In this document: positions 14,914 through 30,616 of the stretch, piece by piece | Position numbering within the stretch: position 1 is the stretch's first letter | Layout: every line of letters begins with the position of its first letter | Assembly: GCF_009914755.1 (NCBI RefSeq) | Contig: NC_060936.1 | Reading direction: 5' to 3' (one strand) | DNA: 64,000 bases | Source: the human T2T-CHM13v2.0 reference genome, Homo sapiens | Notes under the pieces: generated by a model | Databases searched by the model: none | Told to the model about the DNA's origin: nothing | What the model saw: only the letters and a program-made list of their open reading frames with translations | Position numbers and translations under genes: made by a program

Positions 14914-17327
14914 TTCTTGAGCAACAATTCCCAAATGGAATTTTAAACAATTACTTCAGAGGTAATTAGCATGCTGATATTTTGCAAAATGTGCTTTGAG
15001 AAATGGTCTAAAAGATATGAATGTACAACTGGGAAAAGAATGCCAATGAAGTTAAAAAAGTTGGACTATGACCCCTCTAGGCAACATTAAACTAAGGCTG
15101 GTTTTGTGGCTCTGGAGACTGGGCAGCTTTGGACCATAAAGAGGGTGAGGGATCTGTCAAGGAGCCGTCAAGTTCAGCCATAGTCTCTCTGCTCATGCCT
15201 GATCCACCTGGCCAGAGGGCCATATTTTGCAAAAGATGAGACCCAGCTGGCTATGTGGGCATGCTGGACACATGCCCACCAGAACAATTGTACATTAGGT
15301 GTACCTATTGTGTCTGAGGAAACATTGCTTACCTATTGCAGCCTCTGAGGCTTCATTTTGAGCCCCATTCCTGGGTCCCCCAACACACAGATTCATATCT
15401 GCAGACCTCTATCGTCACACTTTTCTTATTTAATTGTCACCCTTCACTTCTGTATGGAGGCTCAGAAGAGATGACCCCATGTGGCTTAATCATCAGTATT
15501 TTCAGAGTTTGGTACAGCTCCTGGAGTCCCTTCTAAAGGACTTCCTATCCTTCCTTCATCACTGTAAAAAATAGTGGGATAATTCTTCAAAATGAAACCC
15601 CTTTGTGCCTGCTTAGCAGAAAACCTGAAGTACCTATGAGAGCCAGAGTAGATGACTGTGGCTGGGGAGTGACCTCACATCTCTTTATCCTGTTCCATAC
15701 ACTTGCACTGCATTCCTTATTCTCTGTGTTTCCAAGGGGTGGTGTCCCTGAGGGAGGCATTTCAGGGCGTGGAAATGGTACTGACCTGGATGGGCCCTCA
15801 AGGGGTCTTTCTGTACTACTTCCTCATTTTATGGAAATAAATATATTACTTCTTAAGTTTACTTCAAGTTTCATGTCTTGTATTTTATAGCAGAAACCCA
15901 GGCCTAGAAAAGCCTTTGTAGAGCCAACACTTATGAATGAGGCCAAGAGTTCATATGAGCCTACAGATTACCCTTCGTATATCAAATGAGGCCCGACTAG
16001 CCCACTGACTAGGTGTCCTTCCTGCCATACTTGTCCCTTTGCTGATTGGCATCCTAGAAGGAGTACTGTGGCAAGGGCTGTCACTACAGCCTCATTACTC
16101 TTTGGGCCTCAGCTTTATTTACATTTTGTAGAGGACTCAAGGAATTCCTATTTAGGTTTTATGAATCTCAGGGAGGATACTACTCCATTAGGTACAGAAG
16201 CATTATAACCTCAGTTGAAATTAGAAGCTGGACTCTCATAAGATGGGATAGTTGGCCTTTATTGTATCAGCAAAAGAATGAAATATTTATTGAATTGTCT
16301 AGAACTGCTTTTTGAAGCAAAATTAACATTATTAGTTTATATATTTACCCGATGCCTTTAAAATATTTCTGTCTGGAGCAAATAAACTTCTCTATATCAT
16401 TTTCCAGCTCAGCTGTATACTACCTAGCAAGATTTAGCTGGTCACACTAATTTACTTTAATTAAAATTCCCTTGGAACAATTACTCAGAAGTATGCTCTC
16501 TTTCTAAAACCCAGTTAGTCATCACTAGGATGTTCTCTCCCTACCTGCCTGAATCTCCCTTCGGCTGTCATTTATACAGACCCGGTAGACTGTGAAACTT
16601 TCACAAAATGAAGGAGCAATCTAACTAATGGAGAACATCTAAAGACCTATGTCTTCTCATCTCTATTAAGTCAAATTGATACTGTAAACTGATATAATCC
16701 ATTGAAAGAAATAGCAAATTTGAATTGAGTAAGAGGACATTTTTAGAAATATACATACAAATACGTGTTTATCGTAGATACAAATTGTCTCAGATGTGTA
16801 CTGCAGTTATTAATTGCAGCTTGAGAATTTCCTTTTCATCCCAGCAATAATATACAGCCAGTCAACAATTAGGGATGAGTAAACTCTCATAGCTACATAG
16901 CAAGAGTCATGATTATTTAAAACTACTAATGATTATATTGCAATTGAACCAAAACTGCTCAAATTTATTTACCTAAAAATCTGTTTAGTTATACCTTGTG
17001 TTCCTCATACTTTGGAAATGTGGCAATCCACTCTTCTTATCTAAATGGGGCACAGCATTTGCCTGTAATTAGTTTCCTAATTGGTTACTCATGGGGCTAG
17101 GTGTGTGGCTGACTCCTTATTCATCAAGTGTCATGTTGCTTTTCATCGAAAGTAGCCACAAGGGCCATTTCCTCTGCTAAATGGAAATTCCACCTAGGCC
17201 TGTACCTGTGCATCTAGGAAAAAACCAACAATTCTTTTATTAAACTAAAGTATAAAAATAAATAAAACCAATGTGAACATTGTTTAAATGCTACATTATC
17301 CTTCTTTAACACTGATTTCCAACTACA

Positions 17328-17700
17328 CGATATGGTTTGGCTCTGTGTCCCCACCCAAATCTCATGTCAAATTGTAATCCTCATGTGTCAGGGGAGGCAT
17401 CTGGTGGGAAGTGACTGGATTATGGGGGCGGATTTCCCCCATGCTGTTCTCATGATAGTGAGTGAGTTCTCATGAGATCTGATGGTTTAAAAGTATGGCA
17501 CTTCCCCCCTCGCTCACTCTGTCAAGCATAAGACGTGCTTGCTTCCCTTTTGCTCTCCGCCATGATTGTAAGTTTCCTGAGGCCCCCCAGTAATGCTTCC
17601 TGTTAAACCTGTGGAACTGTGAGTCCATTAAACCTCTTTTCTTTATAAATTACCCAGTCTCAGGTAGTTCTTTATAGCAGCATGAAAACAGACTAATACA
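17328..17700 (+). mobile_element. MaLR solo LTR (MSTA/THE1D-like)
   Basis: gatatggtttggctctgtgtccccacccaaatctc...gactaataca. Confidence 0.9.
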
Positions 17701-19739
17701 CCTGACTTTAAATGGTATCTTATAAATCTGCGAATGAGCTGCTTAAAGGCAGAAAGAGATTCTGTTCTATAGTCTTACACTTTACAAGGAGAAATTATCA
17801 AAGAGAAAAGGCTAAAATACATTGAATGAAACCCACCAACCTGTCTGCCAGATGTGTTTATCATATAGGTAATAGCTACGGGCTAGTTTTATAATTTATA
17901 ACTGATTTTTGCTTACCTTTATGTTTGAAGGAGGATGGGTAAAATTTCTTATTACACTCAGAATGGATTAAGAGGCACTGAAAGGCAAGAATCAATAACA
18001 TATTGTGACTGGTTTGATTTGGAAAGTGGAGGAAAAGCAAAGAATTAGGTGACACTAAGCATTCATGCCTACAGGATCAGGAAGCTGCACAGTAGATAAA
18101 AAGACAGGAGTGTGTTTATTCATTCTTCAAATCATGCATTAATTAATTCATTCTTCCATGCAACACATATTTATTGAACAATTTCTGTGGAAAATACACT
18201 GCATCAGTCCCCGAAGAGGCTGGTTATGAGCTCTCTGTATGTTTACAATAAAATGAGGGAAAAAGGGTTTACACAATGTGAAACAGCTAAATGATAATGG
18301 AAGAGAACATATGATTAGGTTAAAAACAAAGAATTGACTAATGCAGACATGAAGTACTAGGAGAATACAAAAATAGGATCAATGTGGGTTGCAGTATTGG
18401 AACTGAGTTTTTCCAGAAGACATAGAATTTAAGTTGGTCCATGAGCTCATTCACAATGAACATTTGTTAAACATCTATTATGAGTGCTGTGCTTGGCTAG
18501 GTGTGCTGAAGGATGCAAAAATGAACAGCACGTGAACTCTAATTGGCAAGAACTTTACAAACTGGAATGGCAGGTGGACATTTACTTAATAACACAAGGC
18601 TCAAATGATAAAATATGAAAAGTAAAATATAAGCGAAGAGTCTATGGAGAGTCAATGAGGAAGAAATGAAAAATAACAGGGGCAAGGACTGGGGACTATC
18701 AGAGCAGGTTGTCATAGAACTGGTGTTAATCTACTATGGGATGAAATGCCTGTGAGCCACAAACAAATGCTTGGGTGGGAGAAAGTCCTGGTTGATAAAA
18801 CTTAGAAGAATCATTCACATTTAGCAGTTACTCATTGACAACAAAGGGGCAAGGGTAGAGCAGAGAAAGGAAGAGAAGAGTGAAAAATATAAATGACAGA
18901 GAGAATCAGTAGGGGAATAGTGGAAGGTAGCTTGGATGGGGAAATGCATATTGAGTTGCTCTTAGGAAATGAAAAAGCAAAGCCAGAGTTTGTGGGGAGA
19001 GATCAGGGAGAAATCCTTTCTGAAAAGGGAAAAACCCCAGTGGGCACGGACATCAGGCAGTCAGTCTGCAGCAGTCTCCAGGACTGCCAGGATAGATTTA
19101 ACCTACCTGGCTGGCTTGACTGGCAATTTCTTTCATTCTCTGGGCAATGATCCAGGAGATGAATGAAGGATGAGTAGTAAGACTTGAAAGAACTTACCCA
19201 AGTCTATTTGTACATTCTCGGACCTTGCTCTGCCCTCCAAAAGCAGAGCACCTCCCCTTCCCAATGGGTGTAAATTAAAGTTAGGGAAGATGGCATTCTC
19301 ACTAGAATCTAGATACCCAGTGACTGGGTACCTTGTACCTGATATCTACAAGTAAAGAAAAAAAATAAGTGACCCCTTAGGATATTTTAGCTTTATTTGG
19401 CCTCTTTAATGAAAGAACCAACAATTTACAATTTATATTGTTGTATTCGTGTGCACTAAGACACAACTCCTGGGTGGTGTTTATTATTGAAGTATTGAAC
19501 TCATGGGTACAGAATAAACTTTGACAAAATAATTCTTCCAAAGTTTCATTTTAGAAAGATTAACCACGAAAATGATTTTAAAACTGGTTATTAAAATTTT
19601 TTATGAAAAAGAAAAAGCTAAAGATAAATCTCGACATCATATACAGTTGTGTATCATTAAACTGTCTCAGTGGAAGCAAGCCAAGTAAGGACCAGCATCT
19701 ACATCTATTGTATGCTCTGACTTGCAGGATCAATATGTC

Positions 19740-20870
19740 TTAATTTATATCCTAAGCTATGTCAGCCACTATCAGAAGTCCAAGATTCCCAGGTCATTCA
19801 TCATCATACAGATGCTCATTACCATAATGTTCTATAAATCTTCTAATCTGATGCAACTTCCCACTGGAATCCAGCAAAAACTGCAGCAGTCAGAAAGATT
19901 CTTATATACAACAAACTATCTGGTGTCTAATAGACACTTCAAAGAGCATGGCCAAAACAGAAGTCTTTAATCACTTGCTTCCTACCCGCCCACTAAAACC
20001 ATTCTGCTATCAAGCCTTCTGATATGGTCTGGCTCTGTGTCCCCACCCAAATCTCACCTTGAATTGTAACCGCCACATGTCAGAAGGGGGGTCTGGTGAG
20101 AGGTGATTGGATCATGGGGATGAATATCTCCCTTGCTGTTCTTGTGATAGTGAGTTCTCATGAGATCTGATGATTTAAAAGTGTGGCACTTCCCTCTTCA
20201 CTCTCTCTCTCCTGCTCCACCATGGTAAGATGTGCCTTGCTTCCCCTTCCGCCATGATTGCAAGTTTCCTGAGGCTTCCCCAGTCATGTGGAACTGTGAG
20301 TCAATTAAACCTCTTTTCTATACAAGCTACCCAGTCTCAGGTAGTTCTTCATAGTAGTGTGAAAATGGACTAATACACCTTCACACCTAAATAAGTGCCA
20401 TCCTCAGATATTCAGTTGATGAGCCAAAAATCTAGTCTTTATCATCTATTTCTTTCTGTCTCTTATATCTATTATAGGTTCACCGGCTCAATATCCATAT
20501 TATATCCTGAAAATGTCCATTTCTCACCATCTCCACTGCTCTAATAGTCCAAGATGCCTCTTCTCTCACCTATACCATTGCAATAGGCTTTTATCCCTGC
20601 ACCACTGCCCTTGACCCCTTAGGTCCATCTTCCATCTAGCCGTTGATTAATCTTTCAAAAGTGTCTATTAGAATGTCTCACTCCCTTGCGGAAAATCCTC
20701 CACCTAGAATAAAATCCAAACTATTTGCCACGCCTCCAAGCTCATCCAGCCCCATTTATCATCCACATTGGATTTCCTAGGTCACCTTAAGGTCTTTGGC
20801 CAAACACACCAGCTAAAGCAGTCACTGTCTACTGCATTAACCTTATTTTATCTTCTTTATAGCACATATT
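19740..20870 (+). mobile_element. L2 remnant (interrupted by THE1 LTR)
   Basis: Diverged L2 3'-region sequence (ctagaataaaatccaaact; ctcaccatctccactgct). Confidence 0.6.
20020..20377 (+). mobile_element. THE1D-like solo LTR
   Basis: TG...CA ends with a perfect 5-bp TSD ccttc. Confidence 0.93.
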
Positions 20871-20905
20871 GGTACCTAGCATATCTCATATGTTTACTTT
20901 TAAAA

Positions 20906-21203
20906 ATTATTTTTATTTTTTGAGACAGAGTCTCACTCTGTCACCCAGGCTGGAGTGCAGTGGCATGATCTCAGCTCACTGAAACCTTTGCTTCCTGGGT
21001 TCAAATGAGTCTCATGCCTCAGCCTCCTGAGTAGCTGGGACTATGGGCACATGCCACCACGCCTGACTAATTTTTGTATTTTTAGTAGAGACAAAATTTT
21101 GCCATATTGGCCAGGCTGGTCTGGAACTCCTGACCTCAAGTGATCCACCCACCGCAGCCTCCCAAAGTGCTGGGATTACAGGCCTGAGACACCATGTCCA
21201 GTC
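20906..21203 (-). mobile_element. AluS/J
   Basis: Reverse dimer with TSD ctcata(t/c)gtttactttt. Confidence 0.93.
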
Positions 21204-22337
21204 TCATACGTTTACTTTTTAAAAAAACAACTACATATGTACCTCCTCTAGCATGTAAGCATCTTGCCAGCAGAGACTCCAAGTTTTTCATGTGCCCATA
21301 CAATCTAAAATAGAGCCTGGAACATAAAATGTGCTCAACAATATTTTTGACTCATGGATAATGTACTGGAAATTAAGGTTCTTGGCTACACCTTTATATT
21401 TTTTACCTTAAGCAATTTTTTATCAAAATTGGATTACAACATCTCAAAGTTACCTTACAGATCTAAAATACTATAATGTCATCAAATATAGTCCTACTTC
21501 AGTTTTTTCAGTTTCAAAATTATTATAATGTTGAGAGAAGATGATATAGACTCATAGGATTTGGTTCCTTTAACACTACTTTCATTTTTTTTACTTGCCA
21601 GCCTCATTAGATCTCCTTTGCCTTACTCGGATGGCTTTGGCATTCTCTGAACACCAACGTCAGGTGTGATTTCAGCTCCAACATGAAGACTTCACCAGAT
21701 CACATTTGATTACCTTTCTCATCTACTAACCTCATTTATTTGGGAAGGGAGATGTCTAAGTAAATCTCTACGAATGTTAATTTTGAAGGAAAAAAACTGA
21801 ATTGCATGAAGTCAATAGGAGAACACTTTATTTATAACTAAATATACATATAAGATTTATAAGGATCTAATTGCTTACTGAACTGTGAGCTCGATACAAA
21901 AGACTCCAATAGATTTGTTACTAAACATAAATTTCACCATGCATTAAGATACAAAACCAAAGTGTTTGACTGAATTAACTAATTTAGCCCATTGCTTTGA
22001 GTTCAGAGCTCAGTGTTATATACAAAACACAATTTTGATTTCCCATTAAGCCTTGCGTTAGCTATGACATATGGAAACAATCTGACATAATTTTTATATT
22101 GTCATCTAGGTAATAAATAACCCTAAAATAAGTGTTTTCATTACAAGGTCCTCTAGGCTAACACTAATGCAATAGAAAAGTATTGATTACAGGAGAGAGA
22201 GAATTCTAGAAATTAGATTAATGTCGGGAATTGTTTTGGAGAAAAGCACACATATTCAAAATACTGTAAAGAATCATAAACATCTCAAGAAAAATTGTGC
22301 TTTTCAAAACTGGAAAATAGGAAATTTTGTGATTTAA

Positions 22338-22679
<342 letters not shown>

Positions 22680-22681
22680 TC

Positions 22682-22965
22682 TTTTTTTTTTGTTATTATA
22701 GGGTCAAGCTCTGTTGCCCAGGCTGGAGTGCAGTGGCACGATCATGGCTCACTGCAGCATTGACCTCCTGGGCACAAGTGATCTTCCCACCTCAGCCTCC
22801 TGAGTAGTTGGGACCACAGGCGCATGCCACCATGCCCAGTTAATTTTTGTAGAGATGGGGTTTCGCCATGTTGCCAACTGGTCTCAAACTGCTGGGCTCA
22901 AGCAAACCAACTGCCTCAGCCTCCCAAAGTGTTGGGACTACAGGCGTGAGCCACTTTGCCTGGCG
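22682..22965 (-). mobile_element. AluJ
   Basis: J-type cacgatcatggctcactgcagc...gacctcctggg. Confidence 0.92.
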
Positions 22966-23849
22966 TAGACTATTTTTTCATATTTTATTCTCACCACTCT
23001 ACTGGAATATGGTTATTTGATATAATCTATCTATTAAGTGTTTCCACGTTAGTAAGATTACGTTTGTCACTGTTATGACACTGGAGGCTATTTCTACACA
23101 AACATCAGGGAATGTTGAAGTAAAAATATTTGTCTAGAGGTCATAATCATCCAAATAGGCAGAAAATAAATTGTCAGACATTTGTTATTTTAGAAAATCC
23201 TTCACGTTTTTTGTTGGACATTAATGCAGCTTGAACACCCACAGTGATATGCTCTTTCTGAATAGAAGTATTCTTGCCTTATTGAATATCCTGAACAATT
23301 TGGCCATTCAAAAAATTTATGTTCTTTTTTTTTAATTTAAAAGATGTATTCATTTTTTATTAAAAGAATTCATTCATTAAAATCATTAGTGATATTTCTC
23401 AGCATGACTGCCATGAATACGAGCAAAAGATGGAAATTTAATTTCAAATTGTATAAGATTTGCTGAAATTACTCATATTTGCATATTACATTTCTTTGTA
23501 TGGTCTTTTTGCAAACCTAAAATAAGTTTAGAAGATCTAAAGACAAATCTCAAAAATATGTATAATTAGATTAGCTCATGCATCTGGTTTAACACAGTAT
23601 ACTGTTTTCAAACTCAGAATGTAAGGAGAAATCTCACATGGACAGGTAGACATCTTTCTAAACTCTTTGGACTGCCAACATTTAAGGCATTCAATAATCT
23701 GGCCTTATGCTTAGGCCTAAGCCTACATTGTTCTACGTGCACTCAAAATTTCAGTCAGACTAGACCTCCTGATTAGCGTGAGGAAGAGAGAGAAAGATTT
23801 TCAACCTGCTGCTTTACAACCGAAACATTGCAGCAAGGGCTGCAAGCCA

Positions 23850-24150
23850 AGCTCACTGCTTTCCAGCACTGATGCATTTGTCTATGCTCTTCCTCCCTCC
23901 TAGAAAGGCCTCCCCATGGGCACACTGCACTTGTTAAAAATCTTACCCACCTTATTCTAAGGCACAGCTCAAATGCCTTTTACTCTGTAAAGTATTCCTT
24001 GACTTTGAGGCTTACCCAGTAAAGTATGATCTCTTATTTTTCTGGACACATAGCATTTTGGCCTTTTTCATCGTGATAAGACTCATAGTACCTGGCATCA
24101 TGTCTTGTCTATGGTAGGCATACTAATATCTGCTGAATGAATAAATGAAT
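23850..24150 (+). mobile_element. L2 3' end
   Basis: Ends in tgctgaatgaataaatgaat. Confidence 0.7.
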
Positions 24151-24242
24151 AATTCTGGTGATTCAAACAGAAAATCTCTCAACTAATACGTCTTGTTCAT
24201 AGCGCTTCACCCATATGTAGTAGTGTGCCTTTGATTTGTTAG

Positions 24243-24603
<361 letters not shown>

Positions 24604-27600
24604 AACTAATATATCTTTTAACCGCAGAATGGAAACGCATTCAAATAGAAGTGTCAACAGTTAATTACAAGAGAAAAATAATTTTCAGTGAAGTGGTTTT
24701 ATCAACTGATCAATGGTACCCTGGCTATTACCTTCTTTTGCTCAAAATAAAGGCAATTTTAATTGATTTAAAAATATAGAAACTGAGGCCCAGAGAAAAG
24801 AAGAAAAGCAGGGAAAGACCACAGGTCTCATTCAAAATGTATTATTCCGCTAGACCGTATCACTTCTTGCCCATTAATAGTGGGTTTCTTTGTCAACCTA
24901 GACACAGCACAAATGTGAATCATCTGCCAAAAACTATAAAAAAACTACCCACATTACTTCACTATTGATAAATAATACATTTTAACAATTATAAAAGATT
25001 TTCTTTACATGACTAGGTTTTTTCCCCACCGCTTAAAAACAAAAGGAGTGTGAGGGTGGAGATAAACTGGCTACACAAATGCATGGGGATTAATTTATCA
25101 GAATCATAAACCAGTCTATTAGTGACTCATTATCAGTAAGAGGCATGCAAGTATAAACAAAATTAGTTACATAAAAAGAAGTAAATTGGACATTTATGGG
25201 GAAACTCATTTGGCCATATTCATCTTCTCATGTAAAAATAGCTTTGCAATAATAACCAAAATTATCTACTAGTCTATTGCCATATGTGGCTTCTTCATTG
25301 ATGACACTCAATGCTTCTTGAATTTTTTTTCTGATCCTAATAAGATCATCTTTTTCATTAAAGCAAGCACAAACAATTCACTCATTTACTCTCCAAAAAA
25401 GTGAGTTACATTTGGTTTCTTTCTTCAGAGATAAGAAGTTGATGTAACCTATTTCTATATAAATCATTGAAGATACTTATTCTTCTAGGATTGCTTGCAT
25501 TCACAATTAAAACGAGAGAAAAGTGACACCTAACATTTATAGAGCTTTGAATAGAAGGGCCAAGAGTCACAGTTTGCATTTTGGTGTAGTGTTGCCATCT
25601 TTATAAGTTTCTATTTTTTTTTTAACTTTTATTTTATTTTAGGTTCAGGGTTTAGGGGTATGTGTGCAGGTTTCTTATATAGGTAAACTCATGTCATAAG
25701 GGTTTGTTGTACAGATTATTTTGACATCCAGGTATAAAACCTAGTACTCAATAATTATTTTTTCTGATCATCTCTTTTCTCCTGCTCTTCACTTTCAACT
25801 AGGCACTAGTGTCTGTTGTTTCCTTCTTTGTGTCCATGTGTTCTCATCATTTAGCTCCCACTTATAAGTGAGAATGTGGCATTTGGTTTTCTGTTCCTGC
25901 ATTAGTTTGCTAAGGAAAATGGTCTCCGGCTTCATCCATGTTTCTTCAAAGGACATGATCTTATTCTTTTATATGATTGCATGGTATTCCATGGTGTATA
26001 TGTATCACATTTCCTTTATCCAGTCTGTCGTCGATGGTCATTTAGGTTGACTCTATGTCTTCACTATTGTGAACAGTGCTGCAATGAACATATGCATGCA
26101 TGTATCTCCATGATAGAATGATTTTTATTTCTTTGGGTATATACTCAGTAATGAGATTGCTGGGTCAAATAGTAGTTCTGTTTTTAGCTCTTTGAGGAAT
26201 TGCCACACTGCTTTCCACAATGGTTGAAATAACTTACACCTCCACTAACAGTGTATATGTGTTTTTTTCTTCTCTGCAACCTCACCAGCATCTGTTATTT
26301 CTTGACTTTTTAATAATAGCTATCCTGACTGGTGTGAGACAGTATCTTGTTGTGGTTTTGATTTGCATTTTTCTAATGATCAGTAATGTTGAACTTTTTT
26401 TCATATGCTTGTTGGTCACATGTACATCTTATTCTGAAAAGTGACTGTTCATGTCTTTGGCCCACTTTTTAATGGGGTTGTTTTTTTCTTTTAAATTTAA
26501 GTTCCTTATTGATGCTGAATGTTAGAACTTTGTCAGATGCACAGTTTGCAAATGTTTTCTCCCCTTCTGTAGGCTGGCTGTTTACTCTGTTGATAATTTC
26601 TTTGCAAATGCTCTTAAGTTTAATTAGATTCCATTTTTCAATTTTTGCTTTTGTTGCAATTAATTCTGGTGCCTTCATGAAATCTTTGCCAGTTCCTATG
26701 CCCTGAATGGTATTGCCTATTCCATTGTCTTCCAGGGGTTTTATAATTTTGGGTTTAACATTTAAGTCTTCAATTCATCTTGAATTGATTTTTTTGTATA
26801 TGGTAAAAAGAAGGGGTCCCATTTCAGTATTCTTTATATGATTACCCTGTTATCCAGGCACCATTTATTGAATAGGGAGTCTTTCCCCATTGCTTTTTCT
26901 TGTCAGCTTTGTCAAAGATCAGATGGTCATAGGTGTGTGTTCTTATATCTGGGCTCACTATTCTGTTCCATTTATCTACATTTCTGTTTTTGTAACAGTA
27001 CCATGCTGTTTTAGTTACTGTAGCCCTGTAGTATAGCTTGAAGTTGGGTAACAAGATACTATCAGCTTTGTTCTTTTTGCTTAGGATTGCCTTGGCTATT
27101 CAGGCTTATTTTGGTTCCATATGAATTTTAAAATAGTTTTTTCTAGTTCTGTGAAGAATGTTATTGAATTTGTAAATTGCTTTGGGCAGTATGACTATTT
27201 TATTTATTATTCTTATCCATGAGCATGAGATGTTTTTCCATTTGTTTGTGTCATCTCTGATTTCTTTGAGCAGTGTTTTGTCATTCTCATTGCAGAGACC
27301 TTTCACCTCCCTGGTTAGCCGTATTCCTCAGTATTTTATTCCTTTTGTGGCAATTGCGAATGGGATTGCCTTTCTGATTTGGCTCTGAGTTAGGTTGTTG
27401 TCGGTGTATAGAAATGTTAGTGATTTTTGTGCATTAATTTTGTATCCTGAGACTTTGCTGAAGTTGTTTATCAGCTGAAGGAGCATTCAGACTGAGACTA
27501 TGGGGTTTTCTAGACATAGAATCATGTAGTCTGCAAAAAGGAATAGTTTGACTTTCCCTCTTTCTATTTGGATGTGCTTTATTTCTTTCTCTTGCCTAAT

Positions 27601-30319
27601 TGTTCTGGCCAGGACTTACAATGCTATGTTTAATAACAGTAGTGAGAGAGGGCATCTTGTCTTGTGCCGATTTTCAATGGGAATACTTCCAGCTTTTGCT
27701 AACTCAGTATGATGTTGGCTGTAGGTTTGTCATAGATGGCTCTTATTATATTGAGGTATGTTCTTACAATATTTAATTCATTGAGAGGTTTTAAGGGATG
27801 TTGAATTTTATCAAAACCCTTTTCTGTATCGAGATAATCATGTGGATTTTGTCTTTAGCTCTGTTTATGTGATGAATCACATTAATTTGCATAGGTTAAA
27901 CCAACCTTGCATCCCTAGGATAAAGCCTACTTGATCATGGTGGTTTAGGTTTTTGGTGTGCGCTAGAATCGGTTTGCAAGTATTTTGTTGAGGATTTTTA
28001 CATCCGTGTTCATTAGGCATATTGGCCTGAAATTTCCTTTTTTTTGTTGGATCTCTGGTAAGTTTTGGTATCAGGGTGATACTGGCCTCACAGAATGAGT
28101 TAGGGAGGAATTCTTCCTCCTCAATATTTTGGAATAGTTTTAGTAGGAACAGTACCAGACTTCTTTCTACATCTGGTAGAATTTGGCTGTGGATCTGTCT
28201 GGTCCTGGGCTTTTTTGGTTAGTAGGCTGTTTATTACAGATTCAATTTTGGGACTTGTTATTGGTCTGCTCAGGGAATCAACTTCTTCCTGGTTCAGTTT
28301 TAGGAGGGTGTATGTGTCCAGGAATTTATAAATCTCTTCTAGGCTTTCTAGTTTGTGTGCATGGAGGTGTTTGTAGCAGTCTCTGATGGTTATTTGTATT
28401 TTTGTGGGCTCGTGGTAATATCCCCTTTGTCATTTCTAATTATGTTTATTTGGACCTCCTCTCTTTTCTTCTTTATTAATCTAGCTAGTGGCCGATCTTA
28501 TTAAATTTTTTCAAAAAGCCTACTCTTGGATTTGATGATCCTTTGAATGTTTTTTTGTGTCTCAATCTCCTTCAGTTCAGCTCCGATTTTCATTATTTCT
28601 TCTCTTCTGCTAGTTTTGGGATTGGTTTGTTCTTGCTTCTCTAGTTATTTAGTTGTAATGGTAGGTTGTTAATTTGAGATCTTTCTAACTTTTTGATATG
28701 GGCATTCAGTGATATAAATTTCCCTCTTAACGCTGCTTTAGCTGTGTCCCAGAGATTCTGGTATCTTTGTTCTCATTAGTTTCAAAGAATTTCTTGATTT
28801 CTCACTTAATTTCATTATTTACCCAAAACTTGTTTAGGAGCAGGTTAATTTCCATGTAATTGCATGGTTTTGAGTGATTTATTTTTAAGTCTTTACTTCT
28901 ATTTTGTACTGTGGTCTGAGAGTGTGTTTGGTATTATTTCAGTTTCTTTGCATTTGCTGAGGATTGTTTTATGTCCAACTGTGTGGCCAGTTTTAGAATA
29001 TGTGCCATGTGGTGATGAGAAAAGTGTATATTTTGTTTTTGGGTACAGAGTTCTGTAAAGGTCTATCAGATCCATTGGTCCAATATTGAGTCCAGGTCCT
29101 GAAATGTTGTTGTTAATTTTCTGCCTCAATGATCTATCTGATACTGTCAGTGGAGTAAGGAAGTTTTCCACTATTATTGTGTGGAAGTCTAAGTCTCTTT
29201 GTAGGCCTCTAAGAACTTGCTTTTTGAATCTGAGTGCTCCTGTATTGGGTGCATATATATTTAGGATAGTTAAGTCTTCTTGTTGAATTGAACCCTTTAT
29301 GATTACGTAATGCCCTTCTTTGTCTGTTTTGATTTTTGTTGGTTTAAAGTCTGTTTTGCCTGAAATTAAGATTACAACTCATGCTTTTTGCTGGTTTCCA
29401 TTTGCTTGGTATATTTTCCTCTATCCCTTTATTTTGAGCCTATGGGTGTCATCGTGTATGAGATGGGTCTCTTGAAGACAGCATATCTGGGTTTTGCTTT
29501 ATTATCCAGCTGACCATTCTGAGCCTTTTAAATGGGGCATTTAGCCTGTTTACCTTCAAGGTTAGTACTGATATGTGTGAATTTGATCTTGTCATTGTGT
29601 TGTTATCTGGTTATTGTGCCAGCTTGTTTGTGTGGTTGCTGTATAGTGTCATTGGTCTGTGTCCTTAAGTGTGTTTTTCTATTGGCTGGTAATGGTCTTT
29701 CTTTTCCATATTTAGTGCTCCTTTCAAGATCTCTTCTTAGACACATCTGGTGGCAATGAACTCCCTCAGCATTTGCTTATCTGAAAAGGTTCTTCTTTCT
29801 TTTTTACTTAGAAGAAGCTTAGTTTGGCTGGATATAATATGCTTGGTTGAAGATTATTTTTTCCTTAAGAATGTTGAATATAGGCCCCCAATCTCTACTG
29901 GCTTGTAGTGTTTCTGCTGAGAGGTCTGCTGTTAGCCTGATGGGGTTCCCTTTGTAGGTGACATGCTCTTTCTCTCTAGCTGCCTTTAACATTTTTTCAT
30001 TTCAACCTTGGAAAATCTGACTGTGTTTTTTGGGGATGATCTTCTTGTATAGAATCTTGCAAGGCTCTCTGTATTTCCAGAATTTGACTCTCAGCCTCTA
30101 TAGTGAGGTTGGGGACATTTTCATGGATGATATCCTGAAATATGTTTTCCATGTTGTCTGCTTCCTCCCCATCCCTTTTCAGGATGCCAATCATTTTTAT
30201 ATTTGGCATGTTTACATAATCCCACATTTCTTGGAGGTTTATTAATTCCTTTTTATTTTCTTTTAATTTTTGCCTGACTGTCCTATTTCAGAGAACCAGT
30301 CTTCAAGTTCTGAGATTCT

Positions 30320-30616
<297 letters not shown>

